A program made the position numbers and the translations under genes. A stretch of DNA of 64,000 nt, taken from assembly GCF_006345805.1 (NCBI RefSeq), contig NC_043004.1:7440001-7504000 (forward strand). The letters run 5' to 3'. The DNA comes from Octopus sinensis (taxonomy: Eukaryota). The notes under the pieces were generated by a model that did no database searches, was not told the origin of the DNA, and saw nothing but the letters and a program-made list of their open reading frames with translations. The first letter of the stretch is position 1. The number at the start of each line of letters is the position of its first letter. This document shows, in pieces, positions 38,609-51,868 of this stretch.

Positions 38609-39461
38609 ACTGTGATGGTATATCATCACAAATTCACAAGAGACAGGCGTGCAGTGATATGATGTCTATACATTCTTCAGGATCATTATTGGATGGCAAG
38701 TTCCTGCAGATATTAAAATGCTATTCCATATTTTCAAAACAATGGTAAAATGTGAAGTTATAACCTTCACACCTTTTAAAAGAGAATTAGTGATGCAAAT
38801 GTTAATGAAACGATGATTTAAAAAAGAACAAGATGGCAGCCGATCGTCTGTCTGTTTGATCTGAGCCTAAACAACAACCACAACCTCACTCAATAAAAGA
38901 CTCTTCTGATTCATTCTGGTGCACACCATTCGTTAACTTTTACTGGTTCTCATGACGACTTCTTTATCTATAATAATCAGCTTGACTATCAACCGTTTGT
39001 TTTGTCTCAATTCTCTTTTAATGGATGCGAAAAATAAATTTGGAAATATCTTCAAAAAAAAAACCAAAAAAAAAAAAAACCTGATGTTCTTTAAGCAAAC
39101 TAACCTCAATTGATGTAGCTTAAACAGATAATCTTTTGACAAATCTTTCATATCCTCTTTTTCACATTTGTGTGTGTTCTTGTGGCTGTCTGTATGTGTT
39201 AATATGAATGTGTCTGTTATCAAGACTCCATCTCACTGCATCAATGTTCATTCTAATCTCTGATTTAGTGTGTGTGTGTGTGTGTGTTTGATGGAGGAGG
39301 ATCAAGAGGGTGGGGGGCATTATTGAGATAGAAATAGATATCCTTTCAGATTGCCTTCTGTGAGATAAATGCTGTTAATATTAACACACACACCTTGAAA
39401 CTAGTGATGATACATTTCTCTCATTAGGACTATTTGTGAATTACATTTACGTACACACACA

Positions 39462-39524
<63 letters not shown>

Positions 39525-39630
39525 CTTTGCCAGATCAGATTGGAGCCTGGTGCAGCCTTCTGGCCTGCCAGTCCTCAGTTAAACTGTTCAACCCATGCCA
39601 GCATGGAAAGTGGATGTTTGATGATGATGA

Positions 39631-39673
<43 letters not shown>

Positions 39674-39823
39674 GTGTCTTGTTTTCCATTTGTGTCTTTT
39701 GTTGTTTGAAAAAATAGTTCATATTCCATGTACTTGTACTTTTTACTTTTTTGTTGTACACATTTCATGATGTCCTGTGCCCACATATGCATACATATAC
39801 ATATAGATGTAAGTATGTACATA

Positions 39824-39859
<36 letters not shown>

Positions 39860-39933
39860 TGTATAATATTATTTATATTATTAGATGACTGAACGCCATG
39901 CATCCTCTTCTAAGCAAGTTTTATCTACCTATC

Positions 39934-39987
<54 letters not shown>

Positions 39988-40865
39988 ACATATATGTATG
40001 TTGACATTTATTATTGGCATTCTAATAATAGTAATTTCTTTTGGGTTTAATAAGAGTAATAACCAGTAGCCTTGATTAAGCAACAAGAAAGCTGGGGTGG
40101 AAGTGGCAGCCGCGGCAGTGGTGATGGTGGTGTGTATAATAACCTTTTTTGTGGTGCTGGAACTGTTGGTAGTAGTAGTAGTAGTAGTAGTAGTAGTAAT
40201 AGTAGTGTTGGAAACACTGGATAGGTTAAGAACTAATAATAATAATAAGCTTCTCACATTGGTGCATAACCTCGATCCAGTGTACAATTTATACTTGTTT
40301 TATTGACCTGCAACTTACAAAAAAAATAAATAAAAAATTCTGATTTGAATTTAGTGGTGATGAGCACCAAGAAAGCTTCTTGGTGCTCTTACCATTTTTG
40401 ACAATCTAACCTTTGCATATAACGATGATGATGATGTCAGAAAATGATAATGATAACCGAATCGACTGGCACATGACTGACTTCACCTCTTCCTATACAA
40501 TCCTTGATATGGAAGCACTCCCAGATTAGAAAGTAGCCTCAGAGAGAAATGGGTCTCTACATAATCTCTCATATATAAATGAGGCAAAACAGAAGATTCT
40601 GTGATGGTTGTGTTTTTCCCAACAGATTTAGTGACATAATTCAAATGGAATCTTAAGAATTGAAAACTGAGTCCCATGTTTAACTTAAATGTCTCTTCTC
40701 CAATTAAATCCTTTCATTGGCACCAGTTGCATTTATAGAGGAAGGGTATGTTTTATTGACTTAATTTCCAGTGTATCACTGGTGATGGGGCAGATGATGG
40801 AATGGTTAGAGCTACAGACAATTAATGAAGGAATTGGTATTTTGTATCCTGCTGTCATCATATAT

Positions 40866-41243
40866 CATCATCATCGTTTAATGTCCGTTTTCCATGCTAG
40901 CACAGGTTGGACGGTTTGACAGGGGTCTGGGAAGCCAGGAGGCTGCACCAGGCACCAGTCTGATCTGGCAGTGTTTCTACAGCTGGATGCCCTTCCTAAC
41001 GCCAACCACTCCGTGAGTGTAGTGGGTGCTTTTTATGTGCCACCGGCACAGAAGCCAGTCAAGGCGGCGCTGGCATCGGCCATGATCAGTTGGTGCTTTT
41101 TACATGCCACCGGCACAGAAGCCAGTCAAGGCGGCGCTGGCATCGGCCATGTTCGGATGGTGCTTTTTATGTGCCACCGACACAGGTATCACAACTACAA
41201 TTCCATTTGATATTTATTTTGATGTTGATGTACTTGACTCAAT
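40866..41243 (-). mobile_element. SINE family C
   Basis: Colinear with 6721-7280. Confidence 0.85.
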
Positions 41244-41544
41244 GGACAGAGCTCTTAACTCTCAAGTGACCTGGTCCTCCTAATTACAAAATAGGAACAA
41301 CTCTCTGCTCTAAGCAGCCATAGTCCATTAGCTTGTAGTTCCAGGTTCAATTCTTTCTGTGCACTTGGAGAAGCAATGGAAAAAAGTCACTGCAGTGCAG
41401 AATCATTCCATGGAGACCAGTTCTTCAGTTTGTTACAGTGAAAAGTGTTATGAGACACTATAGTGACTATGGTACTGTTGGTGCCTATTTTATTGGCCAT
41501 TTAAGGAATGGCATCACTTTGTCTCCAACAATTCAGTGCAACAC

Positions 41545-41916
41545 CAGTGCAAAGTCACCTCCCTCCGACAAGTCATCCTAACGAGACATCTGCTTAGGCT
41601 GGGTCATGCCCTCTGTCGTCAACCAGGACAATTCATCTACGAATCAATTGCCCCAGCTCCCCTTCAGGGTTGGTGAAATCGATGTGGTGGACAACAAAAA
41701 ACCTGGCTGATGACAGTCAAGGCTGATCTGGAACCCAACCTAAGCCCCCATATCTATGGCGTTCGCCGCTGGAATAAGGAGTGGTTGGGGATCACATGGT
41801 CGTTAGCCTCAAATCGCCAGGTCCGGTCGGCGTTTGTGAGAGATGCAGCATTGAGGATGAATGAAGCCAGCTCAACTCACCCCGGGTGAATGCTGTCTCA
41901 AGTCAAGTGAAGTCAA
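41545..41916 (+). pseudogene. RTE-clade LINE 3' end (ORF C-terminus plus (CAAGT)n tail)
   Basis: Reads RHLLRLGHALCRQ...GW*NRCGGQQKTWLMTVKADLEP...YGVRRWNKEW...LASNRQVRSAFVRDA...ASSTHPG* followed by caagtcaagtgaagtcaa. This is a typical RTE C-terminus. Confidence 0.85.
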
Positions 41917-42127
41917 AGAATGAAAGACAAAGTCAAGGTCAGAAGAGTTTAAAACAAAGGAGTGACTAAATATCACAAGACCTTTTATCTGAAGCGCTTG
42001 ATTTTGCCATCCCCTTTTTTGCCCCCAAAATAAAGTTTGTTTCACAACCAGAAACTAATGGGAGAGCTCCTACATGGTCATTCAATCTGCTAGAAATAAC
42101 AACCAAATATTTCAAAATCAAACCTAG

Positions 42128-42515
42128 TGCAGGACTGACTGTGTGGTAAGTAACTTACTTACCAACCACATATGGTTTCGAGTTCAGTTCCACTGCATGG
42201 CACCTTGAGCAAGTGACTTCTATTATAACCTCAGGCTGACCAAAGCCTTGTGAGTGGATTTGGTAGACGGAAACTGAAAGAAGCCCATCCTATATATGTG
42301 TATGTGTGTGTATATGTTTGGGTGTCTGTGTTTGTCCCCCTAACATCGCTTGACATCCGATGCTAGTGTGTTTACGATCCCATAACTTAGCGGTTTGGCA
42401 AAAAGGGATTGATAGAATAAGTACTAGGCTTTCAATAAGTCCTGGGGTCAATTTGCTCAACTAAAAGGTAGTGCTCCAGCATGGCCGCAGTCAAATCACT
42501 GAAACAAATAAAAAC
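42128..42515 (+). mobile_element. SINE family B, full length
   Basis: gcaggactgactgtgtggtaag...gctccagcatggccgcagtcaaatcactgaaacaaa. Confidence 0.85.
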
Positions 42516-43222
42516 ATAAAATTTAATGCATTAGATAATTTACTTTAAAATGCAGTCTTCATCATTAACATCCTTTCTCTGCTGCTTTGGGTTTGAGAAG
42601 AACAAACAAGCCAGGGTGGGGGTTATCTGTGCCTGCTTTGGCATGGTTTCTACAGCTGGTTGCCCTTTCTAACACCAACCACTTAATTACTGGGTGCTCT
42701 TTATGTGGTATCAGCACCAGTAAAGCCACCAAGTACCCACAAGACCCCACCCCATCACCTCAACTGAGTTGGGTTATAGATCTAGAAAAAAACAGATGGA
42801 TGCTCACAGCTGGAGCACCCTGTTCATAGTGCTGCTCGGTGACAGCTGACCTGGGGTTAAACAACAAAATAGAAAAATCAGTATATTTTCTTTTCTTCTT
42901 TTTTTAAGTGGGTGGGTTTATGGATTCTGAAATCTGTCATTGTACAACATGGCATCTGCTTTGGTGGCCACCAACTTCTTGACATCTTGTTACTAAACCA
43001 TTTAGAGTTCTAAGTGTTTTATGGTATATTATTAGACCTGCAGGAAATGGACATAAATCTGAATTTGCTTTGACAACTTCCTGTGTAAAAAAATAAAATG
43101 CATGCCACAAGCTATTCGGTTTGGCAGTTTGAAGAAACCATATCTACTTCTGCTATTTGTCAAACCGTTTTTGCTTTCTGCTAACTGGCCATACCAGAAT
43201 ATTTTTAATATTCTTGCTTGGG

Positions 43223-43312
<90 letters not shown>

Positions 43313-43707
43313 CCCCTTCTCCCTCCTTGTCTCTCTTCCCCTCCCCCCTCCCTTATGAGATAAAAGTCGCAATACTTTATAGTTGGTTATGATTCACTTT
43401 CTGGAATTGAGCCATCTTCACAAGAACACTTCTTGATTGGAGTTATTTTGGAAGAACCACAAATGGCACCAACTTAAAGGTTGGTGTCTGTCAACAAGTT
43501 TGATTTAGTAATCACATCTGATGCCATACTGTGGAGCAACATTGGACACTATTTAATATCAACAAATAACATTAGTTATATTGGCATAAGATCGCAAATT
43601 AAGAGGTGACGAGCATAATTGGATTTACGCCTGCCTATTTATCATGGAGAAAATCAGTCAATTCTGATGTGATTTGAACTCAGTACAAAAGAGATGGAAT
43701 TAAATAT

Positions 43708-43914
43708 TCTTTTCTACTCTAGGCACAAGGCCCAAAATTTTGGGGGTGGGGGCCAGTTGATTAGATCATTTCCAGTATGCAACTGGTACTTATTTTATCA
43801 ACCCCATAAGGCAAAGTTGACCTTGGTAGAATTTGAACTCAGAATGTAAAAACGGACAAAATACCGCTAAGCATTTCGTCTGGCGTGCTAACGTTTCTGC
43901 CAGCTTGCCGCCTT
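43708..43914 (-). mobile_element. SINE family A
   Basis: Colinear with 22947-23163. Confidence 0.8.
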
Positions 43915-44756
43915 AAAGGCACCAGATATAACATCGCTTCACTTCTTCCCTAACTGCTATGGTAGAAATTATATAAAAGGTTTTCCTCAAATCAAGAATT
44001 TATAATTCATGGCAAATATTTTGCATATAAACAGAACATTAACGCAAATATAAAACGGATCAGGAAACACAAATTCACTCAAGCATCTTTTATATTTGCT
44101 TGGAGTCCACTCTTATACTTTCAATGCAGAGTATATTTAAGCAATTTTTAAAGAATATTTATCTAAAAATGTGCGATTTGGGTGTTGAAACAAGAAAGAA
44201 AAAAAAGGCATCTAATATGGGCAACAGAGTGTATTTCAAAGCTGAAGTTTCACTGTTTCTGCTCAGTTCCATCATTACAATCATTATGTAAGAGGAGGAG
44301 GAGGTGGTGGTGGTGTATTTTAGTATATTGAACTGTCTAGGTTTAAACAGTGAAACTAAATAAATATCCAAACCAGTTTCTGTAGAGGAGCAATTGTTAA
44401 TAAAATAGTTCTATTAGTATGTATATTTACCAGTCCAGGGATTGAGGGTATTTAAAATAGCAGGTTTGTTTGATTTAATCATAAAGGTTTTTTTTTCTGT
44501 TAACTGTAAAACAAGCAAAATGAAACTCACTAATTGGGTTGGAAACCTGTTATACCAATCAATAGTTTATTGTTTTGTATGGCTCTACAGAGTTGATTCC
44601 ATCAATGCTATCCTTCTCTACCACAAACATATGCTCTTTGCACTCATGTAGGTTTTCATGTTCCTCAACCGAGTGTTCATATCACATAGAAGCTGTTGTA
44701 TCGACTCAACGTTACTTGTTTGAGATTTCCTGTATGTTTTAGGAAGCCATTTTCTT

Positions 44757-45135
44757 CATCATCATCATCATCGTTTAATGTCCGCTTTCCATGCTAGCAT
44801 GGGTTGAACGACTTGACTGAGGACTAGCAAACCAGATGGCTGCACCAGGCTCCAATCTTGATCTGGCAGAGTTTCTACAGCTGGATGCCCTTCCTAACGC
44901 CAACCACTCCGAGAGTGTAGTGGGTGCTTTTACGTGCCACTGGCATGGGGGCCAGTCAGGCGGTACTGGTAACGACCTCGCTCGAATTTTTTTACACATG
45001 CCAACGGCACAGGTGCCAGTAAGGTGATGCTGGTAATGATCCCGCTCGAATGGTGCCTCCTACATGCCACCGGCACGGAAGCCAGATAGCCACTCTGGCA
45101 ACAATCACGCTCGGATGGTGCTTTTAGCACCCTAC
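44757..45135 (-). mobile_element. SINE family C
   Basis: (CAT)n, family C body and several internal units. Confidence 0.85.
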
Positions 45136-45204
45136 TACTTGCAAAATTATTATAGTTGGATATCTATGCTGGCAGAAAATATTTGAAAACTGTAGGTGAT
45201 ATTA

Positions 45205-45610
45205 ATCATCATCATCATCATCTTTTAACGTCCGTTGTCCAGGCTGGCATGAGTTGGATGGTTTGACCGAGGCTGGCATGCTGCACCAGATTCCAGTCTG
45301 ATTTGGTCTAGTTGTCTTCAGCCGGATGCCCTTCCTAATGCCAACCACTCCACAAGTGTAATGGGTGCTTTTACATCCCACTGGCATGGGTGCCAATTTG
45401 CATGACACTGGTATCTGCCACAACTGCAATTTTGCTCAGTTTGATGGGCCTTCTTCTCAGACACGACATAATGCCAAAGGTCTTGGTCATTGCCTCCGTG
45501 AGGCCCAACACTTGAAAGGTGTTCTTTACATGCTACTAGCATGGGAACACTTGGCTTGACAGGTCCTCTCAAGCACAGCACATCGCCAAAGGTCTTGGTC
45601 ACTAGTCATT
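45205..45610 (-). mobile_element. SINE family C variant
   Basis: ggatgcccttcctaatgccaaccactcc core with a different 5' region. Confidence 0.7.
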
Positions 45611-45619
45611 GTTTAGTTT

Positions 45620-45826
45620 CAAATTTTGACACAGGGCCAGCATTTTTGTGAGAGGTGGAGAAGTTGATTACAGTGACCCCGGTATTCATCTGGTCCTTAT
45701 TTTATCAACCCTGAAAGAATGAAAGGCAAAGTTGACCTGGGTGGAATTTGAACTCAGAACATAGACAGACAAAATGCTGCTAAGCATTGTGACCGGTATG
45801 CTAACAATTCTGCCATTTCCCTACCT
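45620..45826 (-). mobile_element. SINE family A, diverged
   Basis: gaaaggcaaagttgacctgggtggaatttgaactcagaac. Confidence 0.7.
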
Positions 45827-47149
45827 TAGAAATGATATTAGTATTCGCTGATATACACACCCTTTGCTTATGCAAAAAATGTGAACTGAAAATACTAAGT
45901 TGATATAGGATATCAACCAATTAACTTCTAAAGTTAGTGGTTCAGATTTTCTCACTGATACGGAACTGTGTCCATTGTCATTAAGTTTCTACAGAAAAAT
46001 GTGATATGAATCTAAACAGTAACAAATGTATAAATTATTTTCTGACATAGGCACACGGTACTACACATTGTTTCAGAAAGGTTGTAATTTATTTGACTAT
46101 TATTTTAAGGATATGAAAGGGACGAAAGGCAAAGTTAATCCCAAAGGAATTTGATCTCAGGATGTTGAGCATCGTATCTTGTCTTTAACTTCATTAAATT
46201 TGTGTATTATGAATGTCTGTTGGCTAATCTTTTGGTCTCTTTGATTCAGGTGTTTAACTTTATTTGTGATGTCTGATGTATCAATGACCCTCAACTGCTA
46301 CAAACATGTCACACAGAATAGGGGGGGGGGTGATACGTTGACCAGTGTGTATGAACTGGACATGTATGACAACATAGATTTGTCTTTGCATTTGAATAAC
46401 ATGAAAGTTTTATCATTGTTGTTTAAGTCAAACGATGCCTTTGTCAACAACCGTTTCCTAGTCTTTTGGTTGCCTTTGATTTTCGACTGGGGTTCCTTTA
46501 GTAATTAAATCTTTTAGTTTGTTATTTTGTCTGAAGATAGACAAATTTGATTTGACATTGCTGAAAATATTTTGCTGACCCGAATTGTGTGTAGTCAGTC
46601 GACTGTGCTTGTTTTATCTCACCTGAAATAGTGAAAGTCAATCCCAGTCGCAACTTGACCCAGAAGATAAAAAAGGATGTAACTAAATACTCGTACAATG
46701 TTTTGTTTAAGAATCTACCAATTCTGCTGCAATAATGAAAGTCAGCTATACCTATCCAATTTTAGATTTTATGGAAAGATGGAATAAATAAAGGGTGTGT
46801 AGGTGCAGGTTTAGCTGTGTGAAGAAGTTTGCTTTGCAACCATGTGGCTTCGTATTCAGTTGTACAGTTTGGCATCTTGGACAAATGGCTTCTACTATAG
46901 CCACAGACCAACCAAAATTGTGAGTGGATTTGTTAGCCTGAAACTAAAAGATGTCTGTCATATATATAACATGCATGTGTGTATGTATAGTCATCATTCC
47001 AACATCCACTTTTCCCTGCTTACTTAGGTTAGACTATATGTGTGTAAGTTAGCGTTTGCACGGGTGCATGTGGATTTTCCCTAGTTTTTATATGTGTTCA
47101 CTGGTTGTAAACAATGGCTTAACTGTTCATGCAGTTGGCGCCATTCACT

Positions 47150-48240
47150 TGCAGTGTGTCTTTCTGGAGATGCTGCACAATCTCTATACACAAAAAAGCT
47201 TAATATGCTGTCATTTGTTTGCAATTCTCCATTTAAACATGTCCTGGAAGATTATTACTTTGCTTGTAAAACAGTTAGGGGTTGGCACTGGGAAGGGCTT
47301 CCAACATTGAGAGAACAAAAGACTGTACACAGTGTGGGTCATGGTGGAGTTGGATGGGAATTCCTGATTGGAGGTGGCATGAGCAGAGGCAACACAAAGA
47401 AACAGCTAGAGGAGACTGTTCTACCAGAAGCTGGCTTGTGTCTGTGAGTGACTTTATGCCACTCAACCAGGTGGTCCTTTTCTGGATGCAGTCTAGAATG
47501 TGTATGTGCATCAGCACCCTTCCAGACATGGGAGCAATATTCCATTCTGGACCTCATCACTGCAGCTTTGGTGATGTTAGGGACTGAAATTGTTCTGTTA
47601 ATAAGGTGATTTCACCTGGAGAATTTCTTGGTAATAGTGGGACCTTAATATTGGAAGTGATTTTAACCCTTTCGTTACTGTATTTATTTTGAGATGCTCT
47701 GTGTTTCCTTCAATTACTTTAAATATAACAAAGAATTTAGTAAAACAACTTAGTTATCATTAAGTGAGTCTTAGGAACATAAATTGTGACTATGGTTTAG
47801 TGGAAGATTTTAATTCTGAACATTTGAAAACAAGACATTTGTACTACAGAGCCAGAGGTGGTTTCAGCTGGGTTGGTAACGAAAGGGTTAAGGGCTCTTG
47901 TAGAGTGTTGCTCACAATTAAGGAGTGGGTGTGATCTTTTCTTGTTGTTGAAAGAGACAAATTGACATATTCTCATTGGTGGGTGCTTTTCAGGTTTCTC
48001 TGTTTATGGAGTTGGGTGTGGATTTGGCATGTTGTGTCTTGGTTGGAAGGGAATGAGGGGGGGGGGTCATCTGTGTAAGAGTGGGTGCTGTTGGATGTGG
48101 CAGCAAATCATTGATGTCTGATATTAGGAGCTTCTTTTATTATTTTTTTTTTTTGGTTCCACATGTTCTGGTAGCAATGTAATGAGCATCTGTAAAGATG
48201 ATGTTGATACTGGGAAGTGAAGAGACCTGTTTTGAATAAC
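47150..48240 (-). pseudogene. Degraded CR1/Jockey-like LINE ORF2 C-terminal fragment, interrupted by a TTAA MITE
   Basis: Frames give RSRMEYCSHVWKGA and ILDCIQKRTTWL..IKSLTDTSQLL..AVSLC (cf. RP.MEYCSHIW...LDRIQ.RA.R). The right boundary is approximate. Confidence 0.65.
47667..47887. mobile_element. TTAA MITE family P1
   Basis: TTAA|ccctttcgttac...gtaacgaaaggg|TTAA. Confidence 0.88.
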
Positions 48241-48244
48241 TTGG

Positions 48245-48775
48245 TGCCCCATGCTAGTAGGGTGCTAAGAGCACCATCCGAGCGTGATCGTTGCCAGAGC
48301 GGCTAACTGGCTTCTGTGCTGGTGGCATGTAAAAGGCACCATTCAAGCGGGATCGTTACCAGCGTCGCCTTACTGGCACTCGAGCCCCATGCTAGTAGGG
48401 TATTAAGAGCACCATCCGAGTGTGATCATTGCCAGAATGCCTAACTGGCCTCCATGCCAGTGGCACGTAAAAGGCGCCATTCGAGCAGGATCGTTAACAG
48501 CATCGCCTTACTGGCACCTGTGCTGGTAGCATGTGTAAAAGATTCGAGCGAGGTCGTTGCCAGTACCTTCTGACTGGCCCCGTGCCAGTGGCATGTAAAA
48601 GCACCCACTACACTCTCGGAGTGGTTGGCATTAGGAAGGGCATCCAGCTGTAGAAACTCTGCCAGATCAAGATTGGAGCCTGGTGCAGCCATCTGGTTCA
48701 CCAGTCCTCAGTAAAATCGTCCAACCCATGCTAGCATGGAAAGCGGACGTTAAACGATGATGATGATAATGATGA
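48245..48775 (+). mobile_element. SINE family C with higher-order (~138-bp dimer) internal repeats
   Basis: ccccatgctagtagggt..taagagcaccatccgag recurs at about 48247 and 48385. Ends ggacgttaaacgatgatg. Confidence 0.85.
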
Positions 48776-50169
48776 TTACATTATGTAAAAAGGATGCTGA
48801 TAATGGGGAAAGTGAAGTAATTTTTTTTATAAAACTTGTTGGAGTTACACACACACACACACACATTGGCATCTGCTGGAAGAATATAATTTTTTAGTTT
48901 TAGAGCTTGTTAAAGATAGAGGTCTGCATGTTTCTCTTTAAATGGGATAAACAAAAAACTTGAGCCTTTCTATGCAGGCACCTGGTCAATTAACCGGCTA
49001 ATTGTAGACACTATTCATTATTTCTGTAAAGTCTACTGAAGAAAATGCTAAGAGATCAATTTATCTAAAAAACATCTGTTTAGTTTAACCAGCATTTTTA
49101 AGGGTCTTGTATTTATTTTTATTTTTAATTATCTGACATCTAGACAGCATATATTTTACATCAAAATAAGCTATTTTGATAAGCTAAAATAGAAATCTGA
49201 TTCATTAGAGTCAATAAAGCCACTGTTCCACATTTGGTATTGCTTAGAAACAAACTTGCCAGACAGATACTACCTTGTTTTTCTATATATTTATGAAATT
49301 CTGGAGAAAAAAAAAGTTATTCAACTCATCAGAAATGTTGAGAGAGACAGAAACTGTGTGTGTGTGTGATTTTGAGTAAACTAACAAATTAAGTTCAATA
49401 TTGCACAACCTAGTTAATCATTAATTAGATGTGTAGGAACACTCAAGGGTTCCTAGATCCTCCTTGAGACCAATAAATTACTTAGCTTACTGCCAACCTC
49501 CCATCATTTCTCCTCTAATGAATGACTTAACTTAAAAACAGTAACTTGTGTATTATGGTAAAAGAATTCTTATTCCATTTTGTGACTTTTAGGGAATTAA
49601 TTTTTATTACTAGAGAGTGATCACTATTTTCCTCAGATTTCTACTATTTAGAGCAATGATACATTTGGCATTAATGGAGTGAGGCTATAAATAGGGAAAA
49701 TTCCTGGAGGCAGGGTTGTCACAGAAAGTTATCATCATGGATGCATGTGTCCTCTGATTCTTTCCTAGCAGCTCCCCAGCTGGAAGATTACAAGATACTT
49801 TCTCCACAAGTATCATCATCATCATCATTGGCTGTTCTTAGTATCCACCAAGTTTGTCTTGGTTTTAGTTTCAAAATTTGTATGAAATTGTTAGCTCTTG
49901 AACTTTTCAGGTCTTGGAGTTGTGATACCATTCCATAGATTGACTCTGGGTAGATCATAAAGATCCACCCAGATGCCAGCCTGTCACCAGATTGGGGGGG
50001 GGGGGGAGTGCCTTTATTAGCTTCAAATGCTTCCAGTAGATAAGAACAGATTTCCACCCTTCTCTTCTTCAAATTGTGTGTCAACTGCCAAAAATACCCA
50101 TTTTGTAAGCACTTTCCACTTTCTGAAGTCTTCCACCGTCTTCTGTAATGCATTGTTGTTGTGTTGTGA

Positions 50170-50812
50170 CCCCCCTTCGGTCATGAATGACCATGGGATT
50201 GCACCTAGAAAGTTACCCTCCGAGGCACAAGTCTGGGCAAGGCTGTTTGTGGAAGAGCAGCAGTCACCCATGCATACCTGCCTCCCCTCTCCATGCCATT
50301 ATATGTACACAGAGTAATGGGTAAAAACCTCTTTCGGTCATGAATGACCATGGGATTGCACCTAGAAAGTTACCTTCTGAGGTACAAGCTTATGGAAGAT
50401 CAGCAGTCGCCCATGCATACCAGCCTCCTCTCTCCACACCACCGATGTTATCCAAGGGAAAGGCAAAGGGGCCGATACAGCTTGGCACCAGTGAAGTCGC
50501 AGCTCATTTATTAACATGCAAGTGGCTGAGCACTCCACAGACATGTGTATCCTTAACATAGTTCTGGGGGGAGATTCAGTGTGACATAGAGTGTGATAAG
50601 GCTGGCCCTTTGAAATACAGGTACAAGAGAAACAGGAAGAAAGAGTGAGAGAAAGTTGTGGTGAAAGAGTACAGCAGGGTTCACCGCCACCCCTTGCCGG
50701 AGCCTCGTTGAGCTTTAGGTTTATTTGCTCAATAAACACTCACAATGCCCGGTCTGGGAGTCGAAACCACAATCCTACGACTGCGAGTCCACTCCCCTAA
50801 CCACTGGGCCAT
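50170..50812 (-). mobile_element. Composite tRNA-SINE: family D head and body plus a duplicated RTE-5'UTR-like 3' module
   Basis: Head tggcccagtggttagggga..ggactcgcagtcg..ggtttcgactccc. Shares ctctttc(a/g)ccacaactttctctcactctt with 37218-37515. 3' module ...ggtaactttctaggtgcaatcccatggtcattcatgaccgaa is present twice. Confidence 0.75.
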
Positions 50813-50997
50813 TCAGTCATCTGTCTGTGTGAATCAATTCACCCACTTGCTGGTGATTCCTGTCAGTGGTCACAGTTGATGGTCCCCCACTGTGTGATTT
50901 GTCTTCAATGCTCGGTTCTCCTTCCTTGAACTTCTTCATCCATTTTATGTCTGTCTCTCTTGTCATTGGTGTCATCTCTTCAAACAACCTGTAACAC

Positions 50998-51260
50998 ATC
51001 ATCATCATCATCGTTTAATGTCCGTTTTCCATGCTGGCATGGGTTGGACAGTTTGACTGGGGACTGGCAAGCCGGGAGGCTGTACCAGGCTCCAATCTGA
51101 TCTGGCAGAGTTTCTACAGCTGGATGCCCTTCCTAACGCCAACCACTTCAAGAGTGTAGTGTGTGCTTTTTATGTGCCACCGGCACAGGAGCCAGTCAGG
51201 CAGCACTGGCATCGACCACATTCGGATGGTGGTTTTTACATGCCACTGGCACAGGGAGCC
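50998..51260 (-). mobile_element. SINE family C
   Basis: Colinear with 17564-17838. Confidence 0.85.
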
Positions 51261-51831
51261 ACGGACAGCCCACACTCATCCTTCGTTAACAACTCAATGA
51301 CAGCACAATGGTTCTGCTTTGAATCCATTATTTGGCAGCAAAAAAAAAAAGAGAACATGACAAAATGTTTCTCTAGGGGAATAAGTTTCCAACATGTGAA
51401 GAATGAATAACCTCTATCATTTAATAAGAAAAGTTATGCATATTTTTGCACTCTGTGAGTATTTGACTTGCATTCCATTCAATGGAATGCAAGTCAAATT
51501 GTTTAAAGCTTCTCTTAGAATATAATTTTCTTTTCTCTTATTTAGTTACATTTGCTTCTGTTTATTCCTTTTTACTTCACCCACCACCACCACCACTGTT
51601 TTTCCCACCTCTCTCATTCTGTATCCTTATTGTCTTTTTTTTTTCACTTCAAGCTGCTTCTTAACTCCTATTTACTTTGTTCTGCACTCTTAAACACTAA
51701 AAAAAAAAAAGAAGTCATCTGCTGCTGCACCTAAATGTACCCATTCCAGTGATGAGAATGAATAGCTAAGCACACCCTCTCTCCTCTCTCCCTCCCCTTC
51801 TCTCTCTCCCTCCCCTTCTCTCTCTCCCTCC

Positions 51832-51868
<37 letters not shown>

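Larger units (their letters stand above)
49930..51328 (-). pseudogene. Mariner transposase N-terminal remnant split by two SINE insertions
   Basis: Fragments: MDSKQNHCAVIELLTKDECGLS (ATG at 51328); WMKKFKEGEPSIEDKSHSGGPSTVTTD..QQVGELIHTDR (50817-50990); KVLTKWV/QLTHNLKKRRVEICSYLLE...WIFMIYPES (49930-50160). Confidence 0.8.
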
